A stretch of 63,815 nt of DNA, filler included, from Octopus bimaculoides (Eukaryota), in assembly GCF_001194135.2 (NCBI RefSeq). It is 7 parts of 6 records of this genome, joined end to end, with 100 filler letters (N's around TTAATTAATTAA, not from the genome) between each part and the next. Parts side by side here need not be neighbours in the genome. Positions count along the whole stretch, not along the records: positions 62,074 to 63,815 come from NW_026401449.1; 6 more parts are not named here. One strand, given 5' to 3'. Positions 62,378-63,815 of the stretch are shown here, piece after piece (within the stretch, counting starts at the first letter, position 1; each line of letters starts with the position of its first letter). Below the pieces are notes generated by a model. That model had not been told where the DNA came from, searched no databases, and saw only the letters and a list, made by a program, of their open reading frames with translations. Made by a program: the position numbers and the translations under genes.

Positions 62378-63073
62378 TCTTATACAACCTAATCTGTTTT
62401 TCATTTTTTGTAACATTTAAAACATTTTCTGTGATACACGATCCCTTTCGATTGGCGTTTTTTATTTTTGTTATTTTTTCACGATCCCTATTCATCGAAA
62501 TTTTCTTTTTCTCCCTTTTTTTTTAAAAAAAAAAGCAAAGCTCTACATTGTATTTTGTCCCCTCTGTGTTCGGCCCTGTGTGGCTAAAAAAAAATAATAA
62601 CATATCTATCTATGCATGCATGCATGTATGTATGTACGTATACACACGCACGCCCACACTCACGTATTTGCGAAGAAAGTGAGACGAATGCAAAATAAAA
62701 CGGAAGAAAAATAAATATATAAATATCTAAATACGTAAATAAAATACTATACAAATATAACAAATAAATAGAATAAAAAATGTCATTAAATCCCAACTCA
62801 TTTATGTTAAAGTTTTTATAATGTTACAAAGTATAGAGGAAGTAACTGGCATTTTCACAACGTTACTTATTCTTTTCTACGGAATCCCACAGGGGTCAGC
62901 TATGATTTTGATCCTATCTTGTTCATTTATGAAATTAATTGGCAGTGATATTCTGGTCTTGGTTGATTTAATTGGTCTATAAGCGAGTTGTCTCTATATA
63001 AGATGTGTCTGTTATTTTTAGGTCCCAATGGAAATAAAATGTTCATTGCTTATTATTATTATTATTATTATTA

Positions 63074-63174
<101 letters not shown>

Positions 63175-63177
63175 CTG

Positions 63178-63210
<33 letters not shown>

Positions 63211-63221
63211 TCNNNNNNNNN

Positions 63222-63570
63222 NATCTTTCTGTTATCTTATGATTGTTTCAGTCATTAGACCCTAGGCATGTTGGGGCATCGTCTTGAAGAATTTTCAGTT
63301 GGAAGAATGAAACAACCCCAGTACTTTCTTCACAATCGATGCTGATTTGTTTACGTCCCGGTAACTTAGCGGTTCAGTTAAAGACACCGATAGAATAAGT
63401 ACTACAAAGAAAAAGTCCTGGGGTAGATTTGCTCGACTAAAGGCGGTGCTCCAGCATGGCCTCAGTCAAATGACTGAAACAAGTAGAAAAGTAATATATA
63501 TATATACCACAGGGCTTCTTTCAGTTTCCGTCCGCCAAATCTACACACAAGGCTTTTGTTGACTCGAGGC
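63222..63570. mobile_element. Three SINE-A fragments in alternating orientation
   Basis: - tail 63222-63330, + 3' half 63335-63490, - head 63505-63570. Confidence 0.7.
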
Positions 63571-63783
63571 ACTAAATGGAACGACAAAAGATTTCGATCA
63601 TCGGGACATTATAAATTGACACAAATAATCTAGAAATCAAAAAGACATCGTCTGACATATTATAAAACAAAATTGAAATAAAGGCATTCTATTGTGAAAG
63701 TTGCCCGGTAACGACGGGATACTCAGCTAGTGCGCATGTGTGTGTATACATATGCATATGTATGTTATGTATGCTTGTATATG

Positions 63784-63815
<32 letters not shown>

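Overview
Eukaryotic, AT-rich, gappy draft-assembly DNA with no recognisable intact host gene. The repeat landscape looks like an octopus genome (inference from the SINE types and microsatellite density). The window is saturated with three tRNA-derived SINE types (my labels SINE-A, -B, -C), decayed RTE LINEs, R2-superfamily REL-endonuclease LINEs (R4/Dong-like stacked in (TAA)n, and HERO-like), mariner deletion derivatives, piggyBac-type MITEs, Helentron/HINE-like elements and microsatellites. Almost all ORFs in the supplied track are microsatellite or N-gap artefacts. The standout is a textbook full-size type I hammerhead ribozyme at 36366-36436 (+) capping a longer rod-like fold. Several minimal Penelope-type hammerhead motifs also occur, including an inverted pair in a palindrome at 57.9 kb. 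Other notable items: a ~400 bp inverted repeat whose left arm preserves the empty site of a mariner inserted in the right arm, a strongly CpG-depleted block (52.2-57.8 kb) with candidate exons, and a tail-to-tail SINE-C hairpin. All alignments and folds were done by eye, and the coordinates of decayed repeats are approximate.
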